Below are positions 24,801 through 34,839 of a DNA stretch of 43,637 nt, one piece after another. Every line of letters begins with the position of its first letter. Within the stretch, counting starts at the first letter, position 1. Below the pieces are notes generated by a model. That model did no database searches and was not told the DNA's origin. It saw only the letters and a list, made by a program, of their open reading frames with translations. The translations under genes and the position numbers were made by a program. Source of the stretch: Psammoneis japonica (Eukaryota); assembly GCA_008632985.1 (NCBI GenBank), contig QPGO01000237.1, positions 62,001 through 105,637 of the forward strand. Reading direction: 5' to 3'.

Positions 24801-27481
24801 GTCTTAGTGCCGCAGACGTCAGTGACGGTAGACTCGGTGCCAACAAACAGTTGNNNNNNNNNNNNNNNNNNNNNNNNNNNNNNNNNNNNNNNNNNNNNNN
24901 NNNNNNNNNNNNNNNNNNNNNNNNNNNNNNNNNNNNNNNNNNNNNNNNNNNNNNNNNNNNNNNNNNNNNNNNNNNNNNNNNNNNNNNNNNNNNNNNNNNN
25001 NNNNNNNNNNNNNNNNNNNNNNNNNNNNNNNNNNNNNNNNNNNNNNNNNNNNNNNNNNNNNNNNNNNNNNNNNNNNNNNNNNNNNNNNNNNNNNNNNNNN
25101 NNNNNNNNNNNNNNNNNNNNNNNNNNNNNNNNNNNNNNNNNNNNNNNNNNNNNNNNNNNNNNNNNNNNNNNNNNNNNNNNNNNNNNNNNNNNNNNNNNNN
25201 NNGCGTGATCGGCAGACAAGGAAGCGGACAAGATGGTCTCGTTGACAACGACACGATGACGGTAGTTGCCGTATTCGTCAAACAGGTTGGCAGTGGGATC
25301 GTCCTGTAGGTCAGAGATCGCGTCGTACCACTGGTCGTCGTCAGTGACAGAGTGATCGAGGACGGAAGGGTCCCATGTGTCATCACCGGTGAGGATGACA
25401 TGGGGCAGGGTGTCCCATTCGGCGTCAGTGTAAGGTCGCATGGCAACATAAGGCAGGCCAGCCTTGATGTCAATGGGGATGACATAGCCATCAGGAGTGG
25501 CAATACGTTGCAAGCCGTTGGGCACCTTGACAGAGCGATCGTTGACATCCTGTTTGTGCCATTCGAGCTGGCCGCAGGAATGGATGGTCTTGCCCTTTCC
25601 CGTGTGTGCGTGCTGATGGAGGATGGCGATGACGGGACCACGCTGGGTCTCAATAACGGCACCAGCGGTGACAATGGGGATGTCCACCAATTGATGATCG
25701 TCAATGCCCTGAACGTCGACTTGGCGAGAGGTGCGTGCAATGACGCGAACGTCGTCGCCAGCAATGCCGCCGTTGGCCCCACGATCGACTAGAGCGCCAG
25801 TGCGTGTGGATCGATGAGCAGAGGCAGAGCAAATGACATTGTGGTTGTTAACGCGGCGGTAAGTGCGGCCGTTAAGTTCTATGTTATCTGCAGAAGCTGG
25901 CGGGGTAGAGGAAGCGGCGGATGGCCCCGGTCGACTGGCATTGGGGGCTTGGTTAGGAGACAACAGACGTTGCAGATCACCGGGTGGCAGTGGCTTGCGC
26001 TTGGTGAGGTGCGCCAGGATGGGATTGTCCGAAGTGGCATCCACATGTGGGGCGGAGTCACCAGAGTCAGCAGGAGTCGTGTTGGACAAGTTGACATCAC
26101 CGTCACTCCCAAGGCGTTGGTCGTGAAGGTTGGCCGTAACAGACTCATGGCAGTTGCTGGCTCGCGGGTTGCGGGGAGGTGGACGAGAATGCTCAAGGAT
26201 GATCGCCTTGGAGGAATCGGGCAACGAATCCCAGAGCCGTTGGTGGTCGGGAGGGAGACGTCTCCATTGGACACCGGTGAGGCTGGGACCGCGGGTGTAG
26301 GCAGCATTGGCTTGAAGGACGTCAACGTCGCTGTCAATGTCGTAGAACACATCGTCGGACGGTTCCTCGGAGTAGACGTCGTGTGCGCATATGGCGCGTC
26401 GGGGAGCTCGAGGTGTCGTCTTGGGTTGAAACGTGCTGTCGTACTGAGCTGCCGCGGAGAGGAGCAAGCCACAGCATTGATCGTATGTGAGGCTCTTGCC
26501 ACTCTGCGTACGATGCTGATCAGCTTGGTTCTTGACAGCACGGAGTTCCTCGACAGGGTGCACGGCATTCTCGAGCATGACGCGCTTCTGTCCTTCAGAG
26601 AAGTGGTCACTGGCCGGGATGAGTGCCTCGCACTTGCGCAACTGATCTTGCCAATGAAGGATGAACCCGTGGGTCGGACCTTTCCAAGTGCCATCACCAA
26701 GACGCGCGGTGGTGAGGTACGTGAGCAGGGTGGAGGACTCGATAGATGCGCGGGTGGAGGCAAGCGCGCACTCAGACAAGGAGCGGCAGACGGTCTGTGC
26801 ATCAGAAGACCCCACATTTTCGCGAATGAGAGCCTTGCCCTTGTCGGTGAGAAGGATGCGTTCGAAGACGGCGAACATGTACTTTTGCTGTTCAGCAAAG
26901 AGCAGTTTGTCTTCGGGGCTGGTCGGTTTGTACGACGAGTCTAGAATGCACTCGACGTCTTGGGCACGGGCTTGTGCCACAAGTGAGGTGTGCCAAGTGT
27001 GCCACTGCTTGTCGGATTTGAGAGCCGTGAAAGCGGTGGGATCACGCTTGATGCCTCGCTTGAAGTCCCGCACCGGGTCGCGTGCCTTGGTCGGGTTGGT
27101 GACATGTGGAGGTGCAAGGGGTGAGCTGCCGATGGACACAGAAGACATGTAGTCGGGGCTGAGGCGGCAGGCAAGGAACTCGTCATGCGTGAACAAAGAG
27201 GAGTCATTGGCAACGTCAAGACCTTTGTGTGCTTTAACAATGTACAGACTGACTAGTGCTGCTAACATGTTCTTATAACCACGGGGCAAAGGGATTACAT
27301 CAGTGCCGTTGTCGTACTCAAGCGAGTCGATTTGGGACGGTATGAACGTGAATAGTTCCTGACATGAGTCCGTGCCGTCTTGGGCCAAAGCCAAACGAAG
27401 AGGACTCCCAGCACCTTGGGCAAGCACGGTTCCAACCACGTGCTCGAAACCATCGGTTTGTTGCTGACGAGTGAGAACCAT
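21812..27481 (-). CDS. Copia A Gag-Pol polyprotein (Gag, PR, IN, RT, RNase H); spans an assembly gap
   Basis: LVDRGANG (PR), ISDRA...EPHQQHQNFAE (IN), KARLVADGH, DIGNAYL and YVDD (RT), YVDANL...GDN...NPADILSK (RH). No stops in the sequenced parts, but many Tyr->Cys/His changes. Confidence 0.9.
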   Translation of the reverse strand: MVLTRQQQTDGFEHVVGTVLAQGAGSPLRLALAQDGTDSCQELFTFIPSQIDSLEYDNGTDVIPLPRGYKNMLAALVSLYIVKAHKGLDVANDSSLFTHDEFLACRLSPDYMSSVSIGSSPLAPPHVTNPTKARDPVRDFKRGIKRDPTAFTALKSDKQWHTWHTSLVAQARAQDVECILDSSYKPTSPEDKLLFAEQQKYMFAVFERILLTDKGKALIRENVGSSDAQTVCRSLSECALASTRASIESSTLLTYLTTARLGDGTWKGPTHGFILHWQDQLRKCEALIPASDHFSEGQKRVMLENAVHPVEELRAVKNQADQHRTQSGKSLTYDQCCGLLLSAAAQYDSTFQPKTTPRAPRRAICAHDVYSEEPSDDVFYDIDSDVDVLQANAAYTRGPSLTGVQWRRLPPDHQRLWDSLPDSSKAIILEHSRPPPRNPRASNCHESVTANLHDQRLGSDGDVNLSNTTPADSGDSAPHVDATSDNPILAHLTKRKPLPPGDLQRLLSPNQAPNASRPGPSAASSTPPASADNIELNGRTYRRVNNHNVICSASAHRSTRTGALVDRGANGGIAGDDVRVIARTSRQVDVQGIDDHQLVDIPIVTAGAVIETQRGPVIAILHQHAHTGKGKTIHSCGQLEWHKQDVNDRSVKVPNGLQRIATPDGYVIPIDIKAGLPYVAMRPYTDAEWDTLPHVILTGDDTWDPSVLDHSVTDDDQWYDAISDLQDDPTANLFDEYGNYRHRVVVNETILSASLSADHXXXXXXXXXXXXXXXXXXXXXXXXXXXXXXXXXXXXXXXXXXXXXXXXXXXXXXXXXXXXXXXXXXXXXXXXXXXXXXXXXXXXXXXXXXXXXXXXXXXXXXXXXXXXXXXXXXXXXQLFVGTESTVTDVCGTKTDKEFVNTLEDQIRARGAPSKLISDRAQVEISNKVLGILRALFISSWQSEPHQQHQNFAERRHQTVKRMANTVMDRFGSPAHTWLLALMYVCFILNHTASPRLHWRTPLETLTGSTPDISPLLRFHWWEPVHFHLDDSDWPSESRELRGRFVGIAEHVGHQMTFKILSDETQKILYRSNVRSATPDPAVRNLRLDPPDGEPPEPIIKSRHDDNPVDSPDGEIRTPKMPVFDPQDIIGRTFLMQPQEDGQRHRARIVKAVEDHEWKVNGNPELTKFVCSVNNDEYEEVLAYNDIMNHIEQEDEDTTVWKFRRIVSHEGPLKPHDPTWKGSSYNIMLEWESGEITSEPLAIIAKDDPVTCAIYARENGLLDTDGWKRFRTIARRQKKLFRMANQAKLRSFRTAPRYKHGCEVPRNYKHAMSLDKRNGNRKWGDATNLEMDQLDEYEVFHDCGPFKSSTPPAGHKKIRVHLVYNVKHDGRHKARLVADGHLTDVPIDSVYSGAVSLRGLRLMIFLAELNELETWATDIGNAYLEATTKEKLYIVAGPEFGKLEGHILVIHKALYGLRSSGLRWHERFADCLRAEGFFPCRTEPDIWMRRNGDHYEHIAVYVDDLAIAMKDPQSFVDTLTEKHKFKLKGAGPIEFHLGCDFSREPDGTLCLSPRKYIERMVDSCARLFGEKPTTNALSPPEKGDHPELDTSELLGPDGIHKFQSLVGSLQWAVSLGRIDITTAVMSLSSFRAAPRQGHLDRAKRICGCLSKMRHGALRVRAEEPDYSDLPAPAYEWMHSVYGEAEEMIPKDAPPPLGKFVTTTHYVDANLYHCMLTGRSVMGMLHFLNKFPADWFSKKQATVETATCGSEFVAARTCVEQIIDLRITLRHLGVPIRNVSYMFGDNKSVVDSATIPHSKLHKRHTALSFHHVREAIASGYLEFHFIEGSRNPADILSKHWGYSQIWDLLRPLMFWNFIPSEVESVSVAPQANWGVTGFEQDLGAREVSRAV
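24854..25202. other. Assembly gap (349 N)
   Basis: Run of N inside copia A. Confidence 1.
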
Positions 27482-28401
27482 GGTAGACAAAATGGTGTCA
27501 GGACAATCAATTCTGGTTGGGAAGCGAAGGTAGACTCGAAACTTGGGTGAGAATAGACTTGACTTGAAATAGACTTGACTTGAAATCTTGAACTATCTTA
27601 AAATCAGAAGTCGCCGGGCTTTGTTATCCCGTTCGTTGTTAAGTGCTAAACTTCCTATCCGGTCCGTAGAGTTGTGCCGGCACGTCCGAACCCGCAGCTA
27701 GTGGCGCTTTGGGTTGCTTACGAGCGGAGTAGCGGGTTGTAAACCCCTGCAGGTAAGCTGACTAGAGGTGGACAAGACCCCCGAACCGTTCTTATTTTAT
27801 ATCGGTTGGATTTCCCGATCAGGCTGGCCAGTTGACGTAGGCGTTAGGCGCTGTGGACGAACGAACAAACGCGGGAAAGCACCCTCGCCCCAACGTAGGC
27901 TGTAATCACGGCTACTTGCTCTCACAGTCGTCCTCGTGGACCTAGTAGAACTGTAGAGCACCAGTAGTCCGGGGTAGATCAGGTACAATGGACTCGGTGT
28001 GCTTGTAGAGTGGTAGCAAAACCGTAGTCCGAAGAGTGGGTCCAGGTTCTTGGCCGTGAAGATATGTATATATATATATGTCTTCAGCGACGAAGATCCT
28101 TGAATATGTAGGGTTCTTGACCGTTAACCGATGAATAGGTATACCAAGGGATGAGGATCAAGGATAGACTTGGATATGACCGTTGAATATAAGTCTTCAG
28201 CGATCAAAGGTAGTATAATCAATCCAGATATCCAGCGGTAAGGAGACTTGACGGTGACGTTAACTTCCTGCCGATGCCCTGGTATTGAATGCGCGTAGAC
28301 TTGCCGATGTATGTAGAATATATACGGAGGTCCACGTAGAATTGAAATAGCGTCGTTGGTAAATCAACGACGACGATGGCGGTTGCTCAATGGGTTGACA
28401 A

Positions 28402-28419
28402 TGAGCAAGACTGTTAATC
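28402..28419 (-). promoter_or_regulatory. Putative primer-binding site of copia A, complementary to a tRNA-Asn(GUU)-like anticodon arm
   Basis: Immediately inside the 5' LTR. The + strand reads AGA-CTGTTAA-TC(T). No canonical TGG start. Confidence 0.5.
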
Positions 28420-28695
28420 TGATAGAAAATGAAGGCAAATGGCAAGAATTCAAACAATAACTCCTTACTGCTGTCTAAATAGCAGATGAGTCTCCGCTCA
28501 GAGACCGTTACAGGAGCCGAAAGACGTGTGGGTCGCTATAATCGGGCTACTGTTATTATTCTTGTGAGCCTTGTGGCTCGAAAGCAAACTACATCGCGCG
28601 TGAACGCGCGGAACTAAAGCACACAAAACTGTGCACGGTAAACTAAACAGCGTGCGACACTTCGCGCGCACCTAAATCCTGTTCAAATCCTGTCA
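28420..28695 (-). repeat. Copia A 5' LTR
   Basis: 276 bp, 270/276 identical to 21589-21864 by manual alignment. Confidence 0.97.
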
Positions 28696-29885
28696 TCCCA
28701 TGCGAAGCTTTCTGCATTTCTTATCGGCGAGCCACACACCTTGAACTCGGAGTTCATCGATTCTCTCCCATTCATCGGTGAGTTTGGGTTGCGGGGGACA
28801 AGCAGCCTGCTTTTCATTTTGAATGCTCCTGCTGGGAAGATTGTGTGTTGGTGCGTGGTCTTTATGGATTTTGTTGAATCTGCTTACCACAACTGGATCA
28901 TCGAGTTTGAGTCTTCGAGCAGGATGCCTTTCGAGTTCCGGAGGAAGAGCACCAAAAGCAGTCTGAAACGAGATGTCGATCCAAGCCATGCTGTGATCGG
29001 ATCCTGTGATGCCATCACCAAAGGGCAGAAACCCGCCTTGTTTGATTGTCACACCTGCCGTGGCCCATGTGCCGTCTATGGGGACAGAGCCTGGGTTCCG
29101 TGTTGCTGGAATTGTGTCTTCTCCGCAGCATTTAGTCAAAAGATTTCTAAGTTGCACAGCTGAGAAGGCATCTTTGATCTCAGTTGACTGAGTGTCTTTG
29201 TTCACGTTGCCTGACAGAATGATTTGATCTCCGTCAGCGAGCCATTTGATGACCTCCTCGGTCAGGTCCTCAAGCCAGGCTGCACGGGGGCATCCATCAT
29301 CATCGTGGTCGTTGAAGCACCTTTTGTGTTGGGAGCAAACCGTCCCAGCGCCTTTGCGACTTGCGCAAGGCCGGCACTCTGTGACAATCCAAAGGGTCGC
29401 ACCTGCTTTGCCACGGAATTGGAGCCAGGACCACCTACCCAGACCGGAAGGATCCGTGCCTCTTGCGATCACTCTGTGTCCTGCTTGTTCGATTGCCATC
29501 AGCATTGTACCGCCTGGTTGATAGAAAGAAGAGTGTAGATCGTGGACATTGCAGGCTGCCGAGATGGACGGAGGATGTTCCCAGCACCCTCGGAATCTTT
29601 CCCTCGGTCGTTCGGAGTGTGGGACGGTTCTCCAGCATCTTCCTGTTTCGTTCATGCATGGGACGTCGATGCATTTTTCTTGGACTGTACGGTGTGTGCT
29701 TTGGTTTTTTTGATCTTTGTCATCCAGCGGAAAGCTGTTAATGTTCTGAAATGCAATCCGCAGGGTAGTCTCAGGTTTTTCATTGGTGCAAGCAGCGCCG
29801 CATGTCTTGTTGTTTGATGGTTTTGTGGTAGATTCATTGTCTGATCTCTCTTGTTCGGGACCGTGTTTTCTTTTTCTATTTCCAT
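28696..29885 (-). pseudogene. LINE ORF2 N-terminal part: apurinic endonuclease-like domain
   Basis: RIAFQNINSF, QPGGT, DPSGLGRWSW, GSVPIDG and SDH motifs. Frameshift near 29780. Confidence 0.85.
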
Positions 29886-29958
29886 TGTGGGCCGCCTCTC
29901 TTCGTCAATGACCACGTGGCCGCCCGCCGTGATCCTTCTCTTGATGTGCTGCTCGGAC

Positions 29959-32900
29959 TCACCGGCTTGGTCCCGTGCCGAGCCGGCTTGAACGATTTGA
30001 GTGTTGCCCTGGAAGGGATCCGACTCCCCCCCCCCGCATTGCTGCGGTAGCTTCACTGGAGACGCTTTGCGAGGTCTCCACATCATCGTTGTGTCCGTCA
30101 CTCTGTTCGCTGGGAACAGATCCTGTGTCGACAGTTTGAGCAATTTTCTCCTTTCCTTTGAGCAGCGTGGATTTGACCAACCCCACAATGTCTGCCAGGG
30201 TCATGTTTTTTGCATCGACATTGTCAGGGAGATGAACTGCCAGATCCTGAATCTCACTGGTGATGTTGGCCATTTTCTGCTTCGTGGTCTCCGTGGTCCC
30301 CGAAGTCTCGTTGGACAGGTCCGATCCATCGTCTGATGATTTCTCATCTGGCAGCAGTTGCTTGGTCGGGTCGATGTGAGCCTTTTTTCCTTTCCCAGCT
30401 TCTCGAGCCGAGGCTAAAGTGTCTTCAACTAAACCCCCTCGGCCGAGCATTGCTGGGTCGACAGGTTCTGGAGCAGGAGGAGCATTTTCAATTGGTGAGT
30501 CATCGCGCGTTACCTCAACCTGGACATCCTCCAGGTTCTCAAAATCGCACTCGTCGTTGCCTGGCTCCTCTGCCAGGGCTTGGGTGCATGGATGAGTGGT
30601 TGCATGTTTTTCTTCATCCCACCCTGCTCCTTCCATGTCCTGAACATGAGAGGCAGTGAAGAACCTTTCAACTCCTCGACTGCATCGATGGTGCAGGCAT
30701 GGAAGCAGAGAGTGAGCCACAGGAAGAGCTTCGGACTCCACCTGTGGATGGTGTGTCACAGCGGCGGTTCCTCCTTTGTACTGTGGAAGAGCTCCTGCCT
30801 CCATGAATTGGGGGGATTTCAGTTTGGTTGGTCTTTTGATCATTGTGATCATCTGCCAAAGTGCAAGTTTCATAGCCGGATCGGGCACATCGAGAGCTTG
30901 AACGTTGTGGAGAGGGGCAATTTTGGCATGTTTAAGATGCGCTTGTTGCCGGATGACTGCCGTGTCCACAAGATCAGTCTCGGTTGGGCTGACACAGAAG
31001 GAGCATTCGGGAACAAGCTTGGCGATGGTTCCGAGTGGTTTGTTGGGGTTCGATTTGGAGAACATCGCTTGGAGAGGGCCTCTTGAATTATCTGCATCTC
31101 GTTCGTCCATGATGACATGTAGAGCCTTGGGTTGTGGATGTGTGGCCATTGCGTCTGACGGTTTGGAAACTTTCCGAGCACGAAGCTCGACTGGCACATT
31201 GAGGCGAGAGCCAATTTCCTTTTTGAGCTGTGTTGGGTCAAGATCGGCATGGGCCCACATGAGAAAGAAGCCTCCTTTGGTTCTTTCCGCCTTTTGAAGG
31301 ACCTTGGGTTTGAGGTAGACTTTAAATGCGTCATTGGGGGCATTCTTTAGGATCTCCTGGTTCTCGTTGGGGGGTTGGTCCATGCCAAGTCGAAGGTCGA
31401 TCCAATTGTCTTTCTCTGGATTGAGGTGAACATGTTGAAGACACTGGCGCATCTGTCCGAATGGGAGCTTGGAGAACTGCTTCCGAAAGGCACCACCCTT
31501 GAGGGCAATGGCCTTGTCGCCGCAGTCCCCGGACCACGTCGCCACAGCAATGTTGTCGCCCGTAAGGTTGCAGGCTCTGTCCATGACTTTACCAAAAAAT
31601 TTTCCGATTGAGACTTCCGGATTCTTGTCCTTTGGGAGATTGGATTGTGCAGGGAGTTTGAGAGTGTAGCGACACCAATGTTTCCGAATGGTTTTGTTGG
31701 ATTTCGAGTTGAGTGGGTCAAAGAAGGCCGAGGTTTTAGTGACCTGATTGGATTCTTCCACCGGTGCCGTCTCCATTGGTGTCGGATCGTCATGGAGATT
31801 GTTGTTTTCTGTCACCTTCTTAGCTCGTTTGTTAAGTTTCGGAGTTGTCTTGGTTTTCCCTTTGTTGTCTGGAGTGATTTGCTCAATCGGTTGTCCTGAG
31901 CCGGCCTTGTTCACAGAGGTCGAAACAGCTCTGGCCGTTTTCGTTGCTGCCACGTCAGGGGCTCGAGGGATGGTTTTCTGATTCGTAACAGTCGTCTGAG
32001 TTTGTTTCTTTTTCGGTTTGGTTCCTTCCTGAGCAGCTTTAGACTGTGCTGCCTTGAGACTTGACGTTAGTTTGATCGGTTTCTGTTTGTTTTCAGCTGC
32101 ATTTTTCCTGGCCATGGGTGTTGTTCCTTTGGGTGAACGGGAAGACTTGGTGGAGATCGTGTTTCTCGGGTCGGTTTTTTTTCGCATGATTTCTTCGTCG
32201 GAGCTGGAGGTCTTGTCAGACAATCCTGAGGTTGTAGATGGTTTGAGCTCCGGCGGTGCGACACCAAGAACTGCCACATTGTCATCGGAGTCCTGAGATG
32301 GATCGGATTGACAGTGGAACTCTCCGTCCCGGGGGGTTCCCCACTGCTGACTGAACTGGAGTCAGACGACGTGGAGGATGAGGATGAGGAGGATGAGGAA
32401 TTTGTTGCTACAAGAAGGAGGAGACACTGTCGCCATCCTTGATCTTGGCCTGGAGTTTAGCACGCCTGTGTGCTTCCTTTTTTCCAATGCTTTCTAGAAC
32501 ATGCCTTTCGTTGCTCTGGTTGGAGAGATCATCTTGAAGGTCTTCGTCAACAGGGGCATTCTTGATGAAATTGTTGACAAAATCCTCTTCAGAGTGGAGC
32601 ACAGAATCGACAAAGGAGTCTTCGTCGTCGCCGTTTTGGAGGGATTGGTGCCTGTTTTTGTCATGATGTTTGGTCGACCGGGAGAGATCAGGGGGAGCCG
32701 AGAGCTCTTTGTCGGAGTCATGCATCGTTACTTCCGGTTTCTTGTTTTTGATTGCGTTCTTGGGGGTCTTGTAGTTGCTGTTATCTTCTTCGAAGTCGAT
32801 CTGCTTCTGGCCGATTTCTGCCGTTGTGCCAGGGGATCCGCCAATCTCGAGAAATTTTTTGATTCCTTGTTGTTTCGGATTCATCCTTTTTTGCTTGCAC

Positions 32901-32992
32901 TTGTCGGGAGAACTTACGTCGGTTTGAGAGGCTGCTTTCTTGTAGGGTGAAGAGGCACCCTTACGTTTGGTGCCGTTTTGTTTGTTGGCCAT
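29959..32992 (-). pseudogene. LINE ORF1 (~1000 codons, frameshifted near 32300-32420)
   Basis: ATG ~94 bp inside the element's 5' end. ORFs 32408..33016 and 29959..32277 lie directly upstream of ORF2. No domain recognised. Confidence 0.75.
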
Positions 32993-33103
32993 GGTTGATT
33001 TTGGTTGCTGAGTCACGTAGATGCTGGCACTGAGTTTGTGTGGACTTTCCGGGTTACTTTAGATGCTGATGTGCGCTGGAAAAGTGCCACAGCAGCTCTC
33101 AAC

Positions 33104-34480
33104 CACCTGGAGGTCCTGAGTGCGCCAACATTCAGAATGCCTGCTTGAACGCACACACTGAGGAGAAGTGTCACACCACTGCTGGCCTGGAATTTGGGAA
33201 GCATGATGAAGGAAGGCCGGCAATTGTTGTCCAAGCCTTGTGTGGTCTCAAATGTTCAGGTGCAAGATTTAGGGAGCACATGGCGGCTGCTGTGCGTGAC
33301 ACTGGGTTTGAGTCTTGTAAGACTGACCCGCACGTTTGGATGCAAGCTGCGGTTAAGCTGGATGGCTTCAAGCACTGGGAATGTGTGCTTGTTTACGTGG
33401 ACGACTTGCTGTGCATCTCACATGAACCTCAAAAGATCATGGATTGTGTGAGCTCTAGGTGCACACTCAAGGACGGAAGTGTCTGCGAGCCGGAAGAGTG
33501 CTCAGGCGCCCAGATCAGAAAGTGCCAGTTGTCTGACTTGGACGGCAAGACACGCTGGGCTATGTCCTCTGACCTTTTTGTCAAACGGGCATTAGCTGAT
33601 GTTGAATTAGAGCTTAAGAAAACTGACAGGCATCTTCCGATGAAGGCGTCGACGCCCTTGAGCTCGGGACACAGGCCTGAACTGGACAGCTCACCTGAGT
33701 TGAATGCCAAAACGGCCAACTGTCATCAAGGCCTCATTGGTGTGCTCCGATGGGTGGTTGAACTAGGGTGAGTGGACATTTTTGTCGCTGTCTTGCTCAT
33801 GTCCTCCTGCTCAGTGGCACCATGAGTTGGACCCCTGGACGAGGTGCTCCCCATCTTCGCATGCTTGAAGGCCCACTCTAAGTCTGTGCCAGTGTTCAAT
33901 GACACTGAGCTTGTCTTTGATGAAAGTCGTTTTACCAAGTGCAATTGGGAAGAATGTCATCCTGGCACAGCTGAACCGATGCCACCAAACATGCCGGAAG
34001 CACGTGGGAATGGCATGACCACTGCTTGCTTTGTTGATGCTGATCACGCCGGATGCCGTGTGACGTGCAGGTCCCACACTGGGATCCTGACATTCATTCA
34101 ACGAGCGCCCATCTTGTGCCACTCTAAACAGCAGAACACTGTAGAGTCCTCTACTTTTGGGTTGGAGTTCGTGGCGATGAAGACCGCAGTGGAGCAAATT
34201 GAAGCTTTGCGTTGCAAGCTTCGAATGCTTGGAATCCCCATGGATGGGGCCACTGATGTCTTCTGTGACAATGAAGCTGTCTTCAAGAACTCAACTAAAC
34301 CAGAGTCCACTTTGAAGAAGAAGCACAATGCGATTGCCTTTCACAGGACTTGTGAGGCACAAGCCGCTGGAACAGTGCGCATTGCTTGAGAAGATGGATG
34401 CACGAATCTGGTGGATGCACTAACTGGGTTGTTGCCTGGACCGAAGCTCCGGGCAATTATAAGTCATGTCTTGTGGTGAG
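33104..34480 (+). pseudogene. Copia B RT(C)-RNase H remnant
   Basis: Continues AALN|HLEVLS..IQNACLNA across the LINE TSD. VLVYVDD, RPELDSSPEL, KKKHNAIAFH. Confidence 0.9.
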
Positions 34481-34630
34481 TCCCAAAAGGGGACAACCCA
34501 GATGGGTTTGCTGCGCAGGTGCGGCTTTTCCCACCCCCAACATGAAAACACTGCCCTGGAATGGGGCAGCATCAGGTTGCATTTGTCTGTCGATCTGGCC
34601 CAAGCGGAGCCAGTGTCAGTTCCAGGGGAC

Positions 34631-34816
34631 TGAATAAATGCTGATGTGCTGTCACGAATGTGTGGGCAGTTTATGCACCATTGGCGATTGGTCCACTGTC
34701 ACTCATTTGGTGGTCCCAGCAGTGCAACATCTCACAATTCTAGAACCTGTTGATGCTGTTCAACATTCCGTCTTGTCTTACACCCAATTCTCAGCTGTCA
34801 TGGTGGTGTTTGTTCA
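34631..34816 (+). repeat. Copia B 3' LTR (186 bp)
   Basis: Preceded by PPT-like AGGGGAC. Matches 12087-12270 and is followed by CATC. Confidence 0.9.
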
Positions 34817-34839
34817 CATCTGTGCAGGAATGACACCAC

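Larger units (their letters stand above)
21589..28695 (-). mobile_element. Copia A: young, full-length CoDi-type Ty1/copia LTR retrotransposon
   Basis: Two 276-bp LTRs with 6 differences. 5-bp TSD TCCCA at 21584-21588 and 28696-28700. The insertion splits the LINE motif CRKLRMG|GKSWSP. Confidence 0.97.
16583..33086 (-). mobile_element. Full-length Ambal-like non-LTR retrotransposon (~9.4 kb excluding copia A)
   Basis: 17-bp TSD CCACAGCAGCTCTCAAC at 16566-16582 and 33087-33103. Short (GTTGA)n-type 3' tail. ORF1 plus ORF2 with APE, RT, RNase H and a CCHC motif. Confidence 0.9.
12087..34816 (+). mobile_element. Copia B: degenerate CoDi-type Ty1/copia element (~6.2 kb without the insert), interrupted in RT by a LINE
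   Basis: Paired LTRs and flanking CATC. Gag near 12820, DLDSH protease-like motif near 14340, partial IN (PHSPWQN), RT (KARFVAGGH, VSRDSVR / YVDD at ~33395), RH (FVDADHAG, FCDNEAV). Confidence 0.9.

Noticed and set aside
24323..25782. ORFs spanning the N run
   Set aside because: Artefacts of translating through the gap. Frame continuity of Gag-Pol across the gap is also unverified.
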